A stretch of DNA of 64,000 nt, taken from positions 9,908 through 73,907 of the forward strand of contig DWZH01000008.1 of the NCBI GenBank assembly GCA_019118275.1, written 5' to 3'. This document shows positions 55,333-63,319 of this stretch, in pieces. The number at the start of each line of letters is the position of its first letter. Position 1 is the stretch's first letter. Source of the DNA: Candidatus Brachybacterium merdavium. GTDB lineage: Bacteria; Actinomycetota; Actinomycetes; Actinomycetales; Dermabacteraceae. The notes below the pieces were generated by a model. It ran no database searches. It was given only the letters and a program-made list of their open reading frames with translations, and had not been told where the DNA came from. The translations under genes and the position numbers were made by a program.

Positions 55333-56369
55333 GCACCGCGACCGGACTGATCCTGACCCTCGTGCTGCTGATCGCCAACGCGTTCTTCGTCGGCGCCGAG
55401 TTCGCCCTGATCTCCGCCCGCCGCTCCGTGATCGAACCCAAGGCGCTCGAGGAGAACTGGGCCGCCAAAGTCACCATCCGGGCGATGGAGCAGGTCTCGC
55501 TCATGATGGCCGGCGCCCAGCTGGGCATCACCGTGTGCTCGCTGGCATTGGGCGCCATCAGCGAACCCGCCATCGCCCGCCTGCTGATGGTGCCGTTTGA
55601 GGCGATCGGGATGCCCGCCTCGATGCTCCACCCGGTCTCCTTCGCGATCGCGCTGGCGATGGTGACCTACCTCCACGTGGTGTTCGGGGAGATGGTCCCC
55701 AAGAACATCGCCCTGGCCGGCCCCGAGCGGATGGCACTGGTCCTGGCGCCGATGCTGATGGGCGTGGTCACCGTGCTGCGGCCGGTGCTGTGGACGTTCA
55801 ACGGAATCGGCAACCTGGTCCTGCGCACGATGGGCATCACCCCGAAGGCAGAGGTGAACAGCGTGTTCACCCGCAACGAGGTGGCGGCAATGGTCAGCGA
55901 GTCCCGTGAGGGCGGCCTGTTGGAGGACAACGACGAGGCGCTGCTGCTGGGGGCGCTGACCTTCGAGGCCCGCAGCGTCGCCAACCTGATCATCCCGCCC
56001 GAACGCGTGGCCACCCTGCCCCAGGGCGTCACCGCCGCCCAGGCCGAGACCGCAGCCGTGGAGGGCTTCTCCCGCTTCCCGGTCACGGCGGCCGACGGCA
56101 CCCTGGTGGGTTACGTCCACATCAAGGACCTGCTCGAGGCCGCGGCCGACGCTCGGGACGAGCCGATCCCCAGCGCCCGGATCCGCGAGCTTCCCCGGAT
56201 CGGCTCCGAGCAGCCGCTGCGGGAGGCGCTCAAGAGCATGCAGGCCTCCGGCGCCCACCTCGGCGCCGCCACCGACGCGAACGGCACCGTGATCGGCATC
56301 GTCACTCTCGAGGACATGCTCGAGGAGCTGGTGGGCCAGATCCGCGACGACTCCCGCCTGGTCGCCTGA
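55329..56369 (+). CDS. DUF21-CBS (CNNM/hemolysin-family) membrane protein
   Basis: A paralogue of the preceding gene (VGAEFALISAR, GEMVPKNIA, and a CBS pair ending IGIVTLEDMLEELVG). Confidence 0.85.
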   Translation: MSTATGLILTLVLLIANAFFVGAEFALISARRSVIEPKALEENWAAKVTIRAMEQVSLMMAGAQLGITVCSLALGAISEPAIARLLMVPFEAIGMPASMLHPVSFAIALAMVTYLHVVFGEMVPKNIALAGPERMALVLAPMLMGVVTVLRPVLWTFNGIGNLVLRTMGITPKAEVNSVFTRNEVAAMVSESREGGLLEDNDEALLLGALTFEARSVANLIIPPERVATLPQGVTAAQAETAAVEGFSRFPVTAADGTLVGYVHIKDLLEAAADARDEPIPSARIRELPRIGSEQPLREALKSMQASGAHLGAATDANGTVIGIVTLEDMLEELVGQIRDDSRLVA

Positions 56370-56509
56370 TCGGGGCTCTGGCCGGCCTGCGGCGCCGGTC
56401 GAACCCCTGGTCGGCCTGCGGCGCCGGCCGGGTGGGGAGAGCGGGCGGCGGGTCCGTGGCGGGCCGGTCGGGCCCGCCACGGACGCACGCGAGGGTGCAC
56501 CATGAAGGG

Positions 56510-57379
56510 ATGACACAGATCCCCTTCGAAGCACAGCCGGCTCAGCCTGGACCCGAGGGTCCAGGAACGCCTGCCGCGGCCCCGGGGCCCGAGGGCGGCC
56601 GCGCCCCGGAAGGGCCCCAGGAGAACGTGTGGGTCGCCGCCGTGCGCCGCAATCCGGAGCACGCCCGCGGGTACGCAGAGCGCTGGCGCCGCATCGAGGC
56701 CTCCGGGCAGGACATCTACGGTGAGGCCCGGCTGATCGACGCGATGGCCCCGCGCGGTGCCCGCATCCTCGATGCCGGATGCGGCAGCGGGCGTCTGGGC
56801 GGGTACCTGGCCCGCGCCGGACACCACGTCACCGGGGTGGACCTGGACCCGCATCTGATCGAGGTGGCCCGGGAAGATCACCCCGAGGCGCACTGGTACG
56901 TCGGCGACCTCGCCCAGCTCGACCTCCGCGATCAGCACGTCCCGGCTCCGGCGCCGGACAGCCCGGTCGCCCCGTTGGGCGAGGAGATGGCCGTCGAGCA
57001 TGATCAGGACCGGCCGAGCGCCGGCGCCGACGAGCGCGATCAGGACGGGACGCGGCTCGATGCCGACCTCGGCGAGCCGAGCGAGCAAGGTCCCAGGGAC
57101 GAGTGCGCCCGCTTCGATCTGGCGCTGTGCGCGGGGAACGTGCTGACCTTCCTGTCGGTCGTGGAGCGTCGGCCGGCGCTGACCCATCTGGCGGAGCATC
57201 TGAGCCCCACCGGTCGCCTCGTGGCCGGTTTCGGGCTGGGGCGCGGCTACCTGCTGGAGGACTTCGAGGCCGACGTCGACGCCTCCGGCCTGGTCATCCA
57301 GCAGCGCTTCTCGAGCTGGGACCTGCGGCCGCCCGAGGCGGACCCGGGCTTCCTGGTCGCGGTGCTGACCTGCGCCTGA
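56510..57379 (+). CDS. class I SAM-dependent methyltransferase with an acidic internal insertion
   Basis: Motif I ILDAGCGSGRLGGYL, post-I VTGVDLD, motif II WYVGDLAQLDL, then an ~59-aa acidic insert before FDLALCAGNVLTFL. Start at ATG 56510 (MTQIPFE). Confidence 0.8.
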   Translation: MTQIPFEAQPAQPGPEGPGTPAAAPGPEGGRAPEGPQENVWVAAVRRNPEHARGYAERWRRIEASGQDIYGEARLIDAMAPRGARILDAGCGSGRLGGYLARAGHHVTGVDLDPHLIEVAREDHPEAHWYVGDLAQLDLRDQHVPAPAPDSPVAPLGEEMAVEHDQDRPSAGADERDQDGTRLDADLGEPSEQGPRDECARFDLALCAGNVLTFLSVVERRPALTHLAEHLSPTGRLVAGFGLGRGYLLEDFEADVDASGLVIQQRFSSWDLRPPEADPGFLVAVLTCA

Positions 57380-57391
57380 GGGCGCCGCCCC

Positions 57392-57799
57392 TCACCGCTG
57401 CTCGGCGCGGGAGCCCGCTACCTGCTCGATCTCGCTGAGCGCCGGCATCTCCCCGGTCCGGGTGCCGTGGCTCTCCTTGCCGGGCACGCTGGTGACCGTG
57501 GTCAGCAGGAACACGGTGTCCTCGATCGCCTCGACGGCGTGCCGGAAGTGGGTCAGCGCCTCGATCTCGCCGCCCTCGATGACCGTAGGCTCTTCACCGG
57601 TGATGCGCAGGGCCCCATGGATGACATGGATCGATGCCGCAGGTGGCGAGTTGTGTTCGGCCAGCTCGGTGCCGGTCGTCAGGGCGATCACGGTCTGGCG
57701 CAGGGGACCGTCATTGATGATCAGCTCGGCGTGACGCCCGTTGTCTGCGGCGCGGGCCGTGTCGATGGCCTTCTGGATCGCGGCGGTCAGGGCAACCAT
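57392..57799 (-). CDS. cupin-like small protein
   Basis: 135 aa from ATG 57799, 6 nt after AGGAGG. The beta-rich core (ELAEHNSPPAASIHVIHGALRITGEE) resembles a cupin barrel. Family assignment is tentative. Confidence 0.55.
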   Translation of the reverse strand: MVALTAAIQKAIDTARAADNGRHAELIINDGPLRQTVIALTTGTELAEHNSPPAASIHVIHGALRITGEEPTVIEGGEIEALTHFRHAVEAIEDTVFLLTTVTSVPGKESHGTRTGEMPALSEIEQVAGSRAEQR

Positions 57800-57866
57800 G
57801 TATTCCTCCTGGGAGCTACGGGTGTCCTTGCCCAGTATCCGGCACGAAGCGCGATCCGTCAGCCGA

Positions 57867-59624
57867 TCACACTGACTCGCCGGCTGCGGCCCGGGCCAGA
57901 TCCAGCGTCTCGCGTTCACTGATGCCCAGGGTGAGGGCGGCGGCGACGACGTCGCGGAATTCGGGCTCGCGGCGCACGACGATGCCGTCGGCATCCCGGG
58001 CGATCTTCACCGAGATCTCCTGGCCGCGCACCTGGATCTGTTCGAACTCGCGGGTGCGGATGATCCGCTCGACCGGATGCATGCGCACCCCCAGGCTGCC
58101 GGTGCGATCCATCAGCAGCGCGGCGATCTCTCCCGCGGACTCGTGCCTGACCAGCGCGGAGACCGTGACGGCGGGTCGCCCGTGCTTCATCACGACCGGG
58201 GTCAGCCAGGCATCGAGCGCTCCGTGCTGGAACAGCGCATCGATCACCCCGGGCCACAGCCGCGGATCCAGGTCGTCCACATTGGCCTCCAGTTGCAGGG
58301 CCGAGGTCGGGGTGTCGTGGGCATCGCCGCCGATCCCGGTCCCACCGGCCTGTCGCGCCGGGGACGAACGACCGGTGGTGCGGGGGTCCGCGGCGGCCCC
58401 GGGTGCTCCCACCTCGGCCGGCAGCGATGTCGGCCGATCTGACCGGCCGGTCGAGGGGGAGGGGCGACCGATCAGCACGCGCACGACGTTGGGGCGGCCG
58501 GGGGTGTCCTTGGTGCCCGCACCGACGCCCAGTGCCGCGGTGGTCAGCGCCGGCTGTGGGCCCGCCTGCGACGCGAGGCCGCGCATCAGCGCCACCCCGG
58601 TGGGGGTCGCGAGCTCCCCGATGCCGGGGGCGACCCCGCTGGGGACCCTGCGGCCCCCGTGCTCATGAGGCCCGCCTGCTACGTGCTCCGGGGCGTGTTC
58701 CGCCGCCGGGTCCGGGGCGTGTCCCGCTGCGGGGTCCGGGGCGTGGTCGGGGCCGCCCGCCGCGCCGTGTCCGTGGCCGTCCGACTCACCCCGCGCGTGG
58801 TGATGGGTGTGGCCGGGGTCGTGCTGATGGCGATCGCCGGGCCCGTGGGAGTGAGCGTGTCCGCGCGAGGGGAGGATCTCCCCGGCGACCGTCGGCCAGC
58901 CCATCGCCAGGCGCGCCACCGCTGGGACCGGCACCGGGATGTCCCCGTGCGCGGCCCGGATCCGTCCGCTGCCCACGGCGATCACGCTGCCCGCGCCCTC
59001 CGAGATGCCCAGCTGCCGCCAGGCCTCGCAGGCCCCGATCACATCGGCCAGGGAGTCCAGCGCCCCCACCTCATGGAAGTGGACCTGGTCGGCGGGCACC
59101 CCATGGGTCGCGCCCTCCGCCTCGGCCAACCACCTGAACACGGCCAGGGACAGATCGATGGTCCGCTGCGGCACGGAAGCGTTCCCGCGGGAACGTTCCA
59201 GCAGCTCTCGGATCGATGACCAGGTGCGATGGGGCGGGTCCGCGACCAGCACCTCTACATCGATCTTTATCGCCCGTTGCCCGCCGCGATCGACCGTGCT
59301 CTGCGAGAACCGCACCGAGCCGGGCACCAGTGCATCGAGCACCTGCTGCACCCCTGCGAGGTCTGCTCCGGCATCGACCAGCGCGGCCAGCAGCATGTCC
59401 CCGGCGATCCCGGCGGTGGCGTCGATGTAGGCGAGCCGCCCGCCGTTATCGGAGGTCGCCGAGGGGGCATGGGATGCCGAGGGCGCATCGGAGGATGCGG
59501 GAGCCGAGCTGCGGGACTCCGGCGATCCAGACTCTGCCGCACCCTCGTGGGGGGACCTCGACCTCCCTGCGTCGTGGCCCTGTGGCGTCGCGGGGGAGGG
59601 GGGCGTGGAGAAGCTCGGCTGCAT
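57867..59624 (-). CDS. larC: nickel-pincer cofactor nickel insertion protein LarC (DUF111) with Ser/Pro-rich N-terminal extension
   Basis: LAYIDATAGIAGDMLLAALVDAGAD is the LarC/DUF111 N-terminal signature. A His-rich tract follows (HAHSHGPGDRHQHDPGHTHHHARGESDGHGHG), and the C-terminal domain is conserved. ATG 59624 is the only in-frame ATG/GTG/TTG between position 59624 and the conserved core, which gives an ~60-aa low-complexity extension. Confidence 0.85.
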   Translation of the reverse strand: MQPSFSTPPSPATPQGHDAGRSRSPHEGAAESGSPESRSSAPASSDAPSASHAPSATSDNGGRLAYIDATAGIAGDMLLAALVDAGADLAGVQQVLDALVPGSVRFSQSTVDRGGQRAIKIDVEVLVADPPHRTWSSIRELLERSRGNASVPQRTIDLSLAVFRWLAEAEGATHGVPADQVHFHEVGALDSLADVIGACEAWRQLGISEGAGSVIAVGSGRIRAAHGDIPVPVPAVARLAMGWPTVAGEILPSRGHAHSHGPGDRHQHDPGHTHHHARGESDGHGHGAAGGPDHAPDPAAGHAPDPAAEHAPEHVAGGPHEHGGRRVPSGVAPGIGELATPTGVALMRGLASQAGPQPALTTAALGVGAGTKDTPGRPNVVRVLIGRPSPSTGRSDRPTSLPAEVGAPGAAADPRTTGRSSPARQAGGTGIGGDAHDTPTSALQLEANVDDLDPRLWPGVIDALFQHGALDAWLTPVVMKHGRPAVTVSALVRHESAGEIAALLMDRTGSLGVRMHPVERIIRTREFEQIQVRGQEISVKIARDADGIVVRREPEFRDVVAAALTLGISERETLDLARAAAGESV

Positions 59625-59694
59625 ACCCCGAGATGCTAGTCGACCAGCGGCTTCGCAGGCAGGGCAGCGCTCATACGTGCCCGAGCTGCGCGGG

Positions 59695-60699
59695 TCAGCC
59701 CGGTGTGCTGGTTCGTCGGGCGCCCAGGGCGTGGTCTGCTCCGGCCGGTCCAGCAGGGTCGTCGAGCTCGGGAAGCGGGTCGCCGATGCCGGGGTAGCTG
59801 GGCTGGGCACCGGGTCCGGTGGCCGCGAAGGCCCCGACCCGTGAGGCGAGCCGGGCGGCCGCGAGCAGTGCGTCGCCCCGTGCCAGGCCCATGGCCAGAG
59901 CGCCGATGAAGGCATCTCCGGCCCCGGTGGTGTCCACTGCGTCGATGTGTGCTGCGGGAACGCGGTGCACCCCGTCCTCGTCGGCGACCAGGGAGCCCTG
60001 TGCTCCCAGGGTCAGGACCACCGAGGCGATCCCCGCCCCACGAAGGGCGCGGATGATCTCGTCGGGAGCGTCGGGCATGCTGGCACCCGACCCGGCGCCT
60101 GGCCGCAGCTGTGCCAGCACCAGCGCGGCCTCGTGCTCGTTGACCACCAAAGGGTCGGAGGCGCGCAGCACCGCCGGGTCCAGCTCCATCACGGGGGCGG
60201 GATTGTGCAGGAAGCGGCCGGTGATCAGGCTCGGCAACGCCTCGATGCCCGAGCGGGGGATCTCGCCCTGGCACACCACGATCGCGGCGCGGCTGATCAT
60301 CTCGCCGGCGGCGCTCACCCGACCCGCGTCCATCGAGGAGTTCGCGCCGGGGATCACCACGATCGAGTTCTCACCGTCCTGGGCGACCGTCACGATCGCC
60401 AGGCCCGTCGGCCCCTCGACCTCCCTGACCTGCGAGAGGTCCACCCCGGCCGCCTGGAGGCCGGACAGCCCCACCGAGGCGTGGGCGTCGGTGCCGATCG
60501 CCCCGACCATCGCGACCGTCCCGCCCAGCCGGGCGGCGGCCACCGCTTGATTGGCTCCCTTCCCGCCGGGCAGCGTCTGCCCGCCGCTGCCGTGAAGGGT
60601 CTCGCCGGGACGGGGATGCCGGCGGACATGGGCGATGAGGTCGACGTTGATGGACCCCACCACCGCGATGGATCCGGCCTGCGCCTGTGAAGTGAGCAC
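59695..60699 (-). CDS. rbsK: ribokinase
   Basis: PfkB signatures GGKGANQAVAAARLG and DTTGAGDAFIGALA. GTG 60699 (VLTSQAQAGSIAVVGSINVDL) is chosen as the start. Confidence 0.85.
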   Translation of the reverse strand: MLTSQAQAGSIAVVGSINVDLIAHVRRHPRPGETLHGSGGQTLPGGKGANQAVAAARLGGTVAMVGAIGTDAHASVGLSGLQAAGVDLSQVREVEGPTGLAIVTVAQDGENSIVVIPGANSSMDAGRVSAAGEMISRAAIVVCQGEIPRSGIEALPSLITGRFLHNPAPVMELDPAVLRASDPLVVNEHEAALVLAQLRPGAGSGASMPDAPDEIIRALRGAGIASVVLTLGAQGSLVADEDGVHRVPAAHIDAVDTTGAGDAFIGALAMGLARGDALLAAARLASRVGAFAATGPGAQPSYPGIGDPLPELDDPAGPAGADHALGARRTSTPG

Positions 60700-60834
60700 G
60701 CCTCGATGATACGGGCCGGCGTTCGCGCTGTAGGAGGCCGGGACACCGCTGCAACATATATAACAGTAAGTAACAGCTCGGCATGTATAACGCGTCGTAA
60801 CCAACAGCGGCGGTAGCGTTGGTGGCCCCAAGAA

Positions 60835-60884
60835 GGTCAGCCAGGATCAGCCAGGATCAGCCCGGATCAGCCACGATCAGCCAG
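60835..60884 (+). repeat. five tandem 10-bp repeats (GGTCAGCCAG GATCAGCCAG GATCAGCCCG GATCAGCCAC GATCAGCCAG) in the 5' leader of the ATPase gene
   Basis: The period is exactly 10 bp, with four GATC sites in phase. The last copy runs into AGGAGG, and the ATG is at 60893. Confidence 0.85.
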
Positions 60885-60892
60885 GAGGCGCC

Positions 60893-62083
60893 ATGGACAG
60901 CAACCCGTTCACCCCGGGCTTCGGACTCACGCCCCGGGTGCTGGCGATGCAGGGCACCCCGGTCGAGGACTTCGCGGAGGCGCTCGCCGGGCGGCGCTCG
61001 GTGGGGGAACGCTCGGTGCTGATCTCCGGTGCCCGGGGTGTGGGCAAGACGGTGCTGCTGGCCCAGATGCACGACGTCGCCGAACTGGCCGGCTGGCACG
61101 CCATCACCCTGCACACCTCCTCGACCTCCATGGTCGAGGAGCTGCGAGGAGCGGTGGTGGATCTGCTGCGCACCGTGGACCCCGATGCGACCGCTCGCCG
61201 CCTCACCCGTGCCGAGGCCGGGGCGGTCGGCGTCCGGGCCGGGGTGGGGCTCGACCTGGTCGACCGCTACGGCGGGGAACCGACCCCGCTGGGACGGCTC
61301 CTGGACCGGCTCGCGCAGCTGCTCACCGAGCGGGAGGGCGGTCTGCTGGTGGGTCTGGACGAAGTGCAGTCGGCCGACCGCGATCAGCTCCATGAGGTCG
61401 CCCAGCACATGCAGGACCTCACCGGCCGAGGCCATGCGGTGGGCTTCGTGGCCGCCGGGATACGCTCCGGGGTCGACGAGCTGCTGTCCCACCCGCGCAC
61501 CACCTTCCTGCGCCGCGCCCACAAGGTCGAGGTCGGAGGCGTCGACGTGGGCACGGCAGCGGAGGTCATCCGCATGACCGTCGCCGACACCGGCAAGACC
61601 ATCACCCCGGAGGCCGCCGTGCGAGCGGGGGAGATCTCACAGGGCTACCCCTACCTGATGCAGGTGATCGGGGCGCAGGCCTGGCAGCGCAGCGGGACCG
61701 CCGAGGCGATCGAGATCGAGGACGTCGAGGGCGCCGCCGAGGCCACGATCGACGCGATGATCCACAATGTCCACGGTCCGGCGCTGCGAGACCTCAGCGG
61801 ACGCAAGTCCGACTACCTGTACGCGATGCTCGAGGACGAGGGGCCCTCCCGGGTCAGCGAGATCGCCCGCCGGATGGATCTGAACGTCAACAACCAGAAC
61901 GTCCATCGCAGCCGCCTGATCCATGACGAGCTGATCCGCTCGGCCGGCCGCGGCCTGGTCGAATTCGCGATGCCCTACCTCCGCGAAGCCCTCGTGCGGC
62001 GCCGCGAGACGGGCTCCCTGAACCTCGCCTACGGGCCCGCACGCGTCGCACGACCGGTCAAGCGTGCCCCGAGGCCGCGCTGA
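60893..62083 (+). CDS. AAA-type ATP-binding protein with C-terminal winged-helix domain (archaeal-ATPase/ORC-like family)
   Basis: NPFTPGFGLTP at the N-terminus, Walker A ISGARGVGKTVLL, Walker B LLVGLDEVQ. The C-terminal wHTH-like segment is YLYAMLEDEGPSRVSEIARRMDLNVNNQNVHRSRLIHDELI. Confidence 0.65.
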   Translation: MDSNPFTPGFGLTPRVLAMQGTPVEDFAEALAGRRSVGERSVLISGARGVGKTVLLAQMHDVAELAGWHAITLHTSSTSMVEELRGAVVDLLRTVDPDATARRLTRAEAGAVGVRAGVGLDLVDRYGGEPTPLGRLLDRLAQLLTEREGGLLVGLDEVQSADRDQLHEVAQHMQDLTGRGHAVGFVAAGIRSGVDELLSHPRTTFLRRAHKVEVGGVDVGTAAEVIRMTVADTGKTITPEAAVRAGEISQGYPYLMQVIGAQAWQRSGTAEAIEIEDVEGAAEATIDAMIHNVHGPALRDLSGRKSDYLYAMLEDEGPSRVSEIARRMDLNVNNQNVHRSRLIHDELIRSAGRGLVEFAMPYLREALVRRRETGSLNLAYGPARVARPVKRAPRPR

Positions 62084-62108
62084 TCAGACCTCGGACGGCG
62101 CAGGGGGC

Positions 62109-63065
62109 TCACCGTGCGGGACGAGCCGCCAGGGCGGGCTGCCTGCGGAACTGGCCGGTCAGGGCAAGCAGCACGATCACCACGCCGAGCACGATCCATC
62201 CGGCAACGCCCATGGGGTTCACCAGGGCGAGGGAGGGCTCCGTCCCGGCTGCGAAGAACCAGAACACCATGCCCCCCGAGGCGTTCAACGCACCGTGCGC
62301 GACGACAGCAGGCCACACGGACGCGGTACGCAGCCGCGTCCATCCCAGCAGCACACCCCAGGCCACGCCGCCCACGGTCATGAGCGCCACTCCCCGCCAG
62401 TCGGTGAGACCGAAATTGTGGCCGAGCAGTGTGACCGGCATGTGCCAGAGCCCCCAGATGGTCCCCGAGAGGACCAGCGCGGGCCAGGTGCCAAGCGGCG
62501 TGAGCGCCGGCAGCAGCCAGCCCCGCCAGCCGATCTCCTCACCGAAGGCGAAGATCGAGTTGGGGATGATCGCCATGATGGGGATGAGCACCAGCTGCAC
62601 CGCGATGAGCACTGCGGGCGGTACCGGATCGGTGCCCTGAGGCAGGGCGGCGGCGTTCATCTCGGCGAAGCCGGAGAAGTGCGCGAGGTCGAGCTTCACC
62701 CAGCCCAGTGCGGCGGAGACGGCGACCGTCAGCGCCACCAGGACCACGGGAGCGAAGAGCCCGGCGACGAGGAACCACACGATGCGCTTGGCGGGCCGCA
62801 GCGGCCAGATGCCCAGAGACCGCCGTCGCCGGCGACCGGGCGTCCGCATCCCGAAGACGACAGCGAGCGTGGCGAGCGCCGGAGCGAGCATCATGAGCGC
62901 GGCCGTGCTGACACCGGGTGCGAGCCACATCGGTAAGGCGATCAGCCAGGCCAGACCGAAGGCCAGGACCACGAAGACGACCACGGCCCGCCATGGGACC
63001 GCGTGCGGACGGTCGGCGCGTTCCTGCTGCGCTGTCTCGAGAGGGTCTCCTGTTGAGGCCGTCAT
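62109..63065 (-). CDS. CPBP family intramembrane glutamic endopeptidase (CAAX protease/Abi family)
   Basis: Motifs FGEEIGWRGW (EExxxR), GLWHMP (FxxxH-like) and VVAHGALNA (HxxxN), with multiple TM helices. Start placed at ATG 63065 (MTASTGDPLE). Confidence 0.8.
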   Translation of the reverse strand: MTASTGDPLETAQQERADRPHAVPWRAVVVFVVLAFGLAWLIALPMWLAPGVSTAALMMLAPALATLAVVFGMRTPGRRRRRSLGIWPLRPAKRIVWFLVAGLFAPVVLVALTVAVSAALGWVKLDLAHFSGFAEMNAAALPQGTDPVPPAVLIAVQLVLIPIMAIIPNSIFAFGEEIGWRGWLLPALTPLGTWPALVLSGTIWGLWHMPVTLLGHNFGLTDWRGVALMTVGGVAWGVLLGWTRLRTASVWPAVVAHGALNASGGMVFWFFAAGTEPSLALVNPMGVAGWIVLGVVIVLLALTGQFRRQPALAARPAR

Positions 63066-63319
63066 GACGCTCCACCTTCTCGAGCTCCTCCGGTGCGGGC
63101 TCCCCGCAGATCCGACAACACTGTACTGACATCGAACCGCGCACCTGATCCGAGCCGGTATTCGCCGCAGGCGTCCGATCCCCGCGGGCCCGGCCCGCTC
63201 CTTCGGTCCCGGTGTCATCGAAGGGGTTCCTGACGCCTCTGCGGGCAAGTGACGCTCGCTGGAGCGGAGGGGATACAAATCAGTTGAACCGGGACGGTCC
63301 GGATGCCGATACTCGGACG

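Noticed and set aside
53671-56534. 532-aa and 535-aa ORFs on the - strand
   Set aside because: They are antisense to the DUF21-CBS paralogues, which have unmistakable DUF21/CBS motifs and an ATGA junction.
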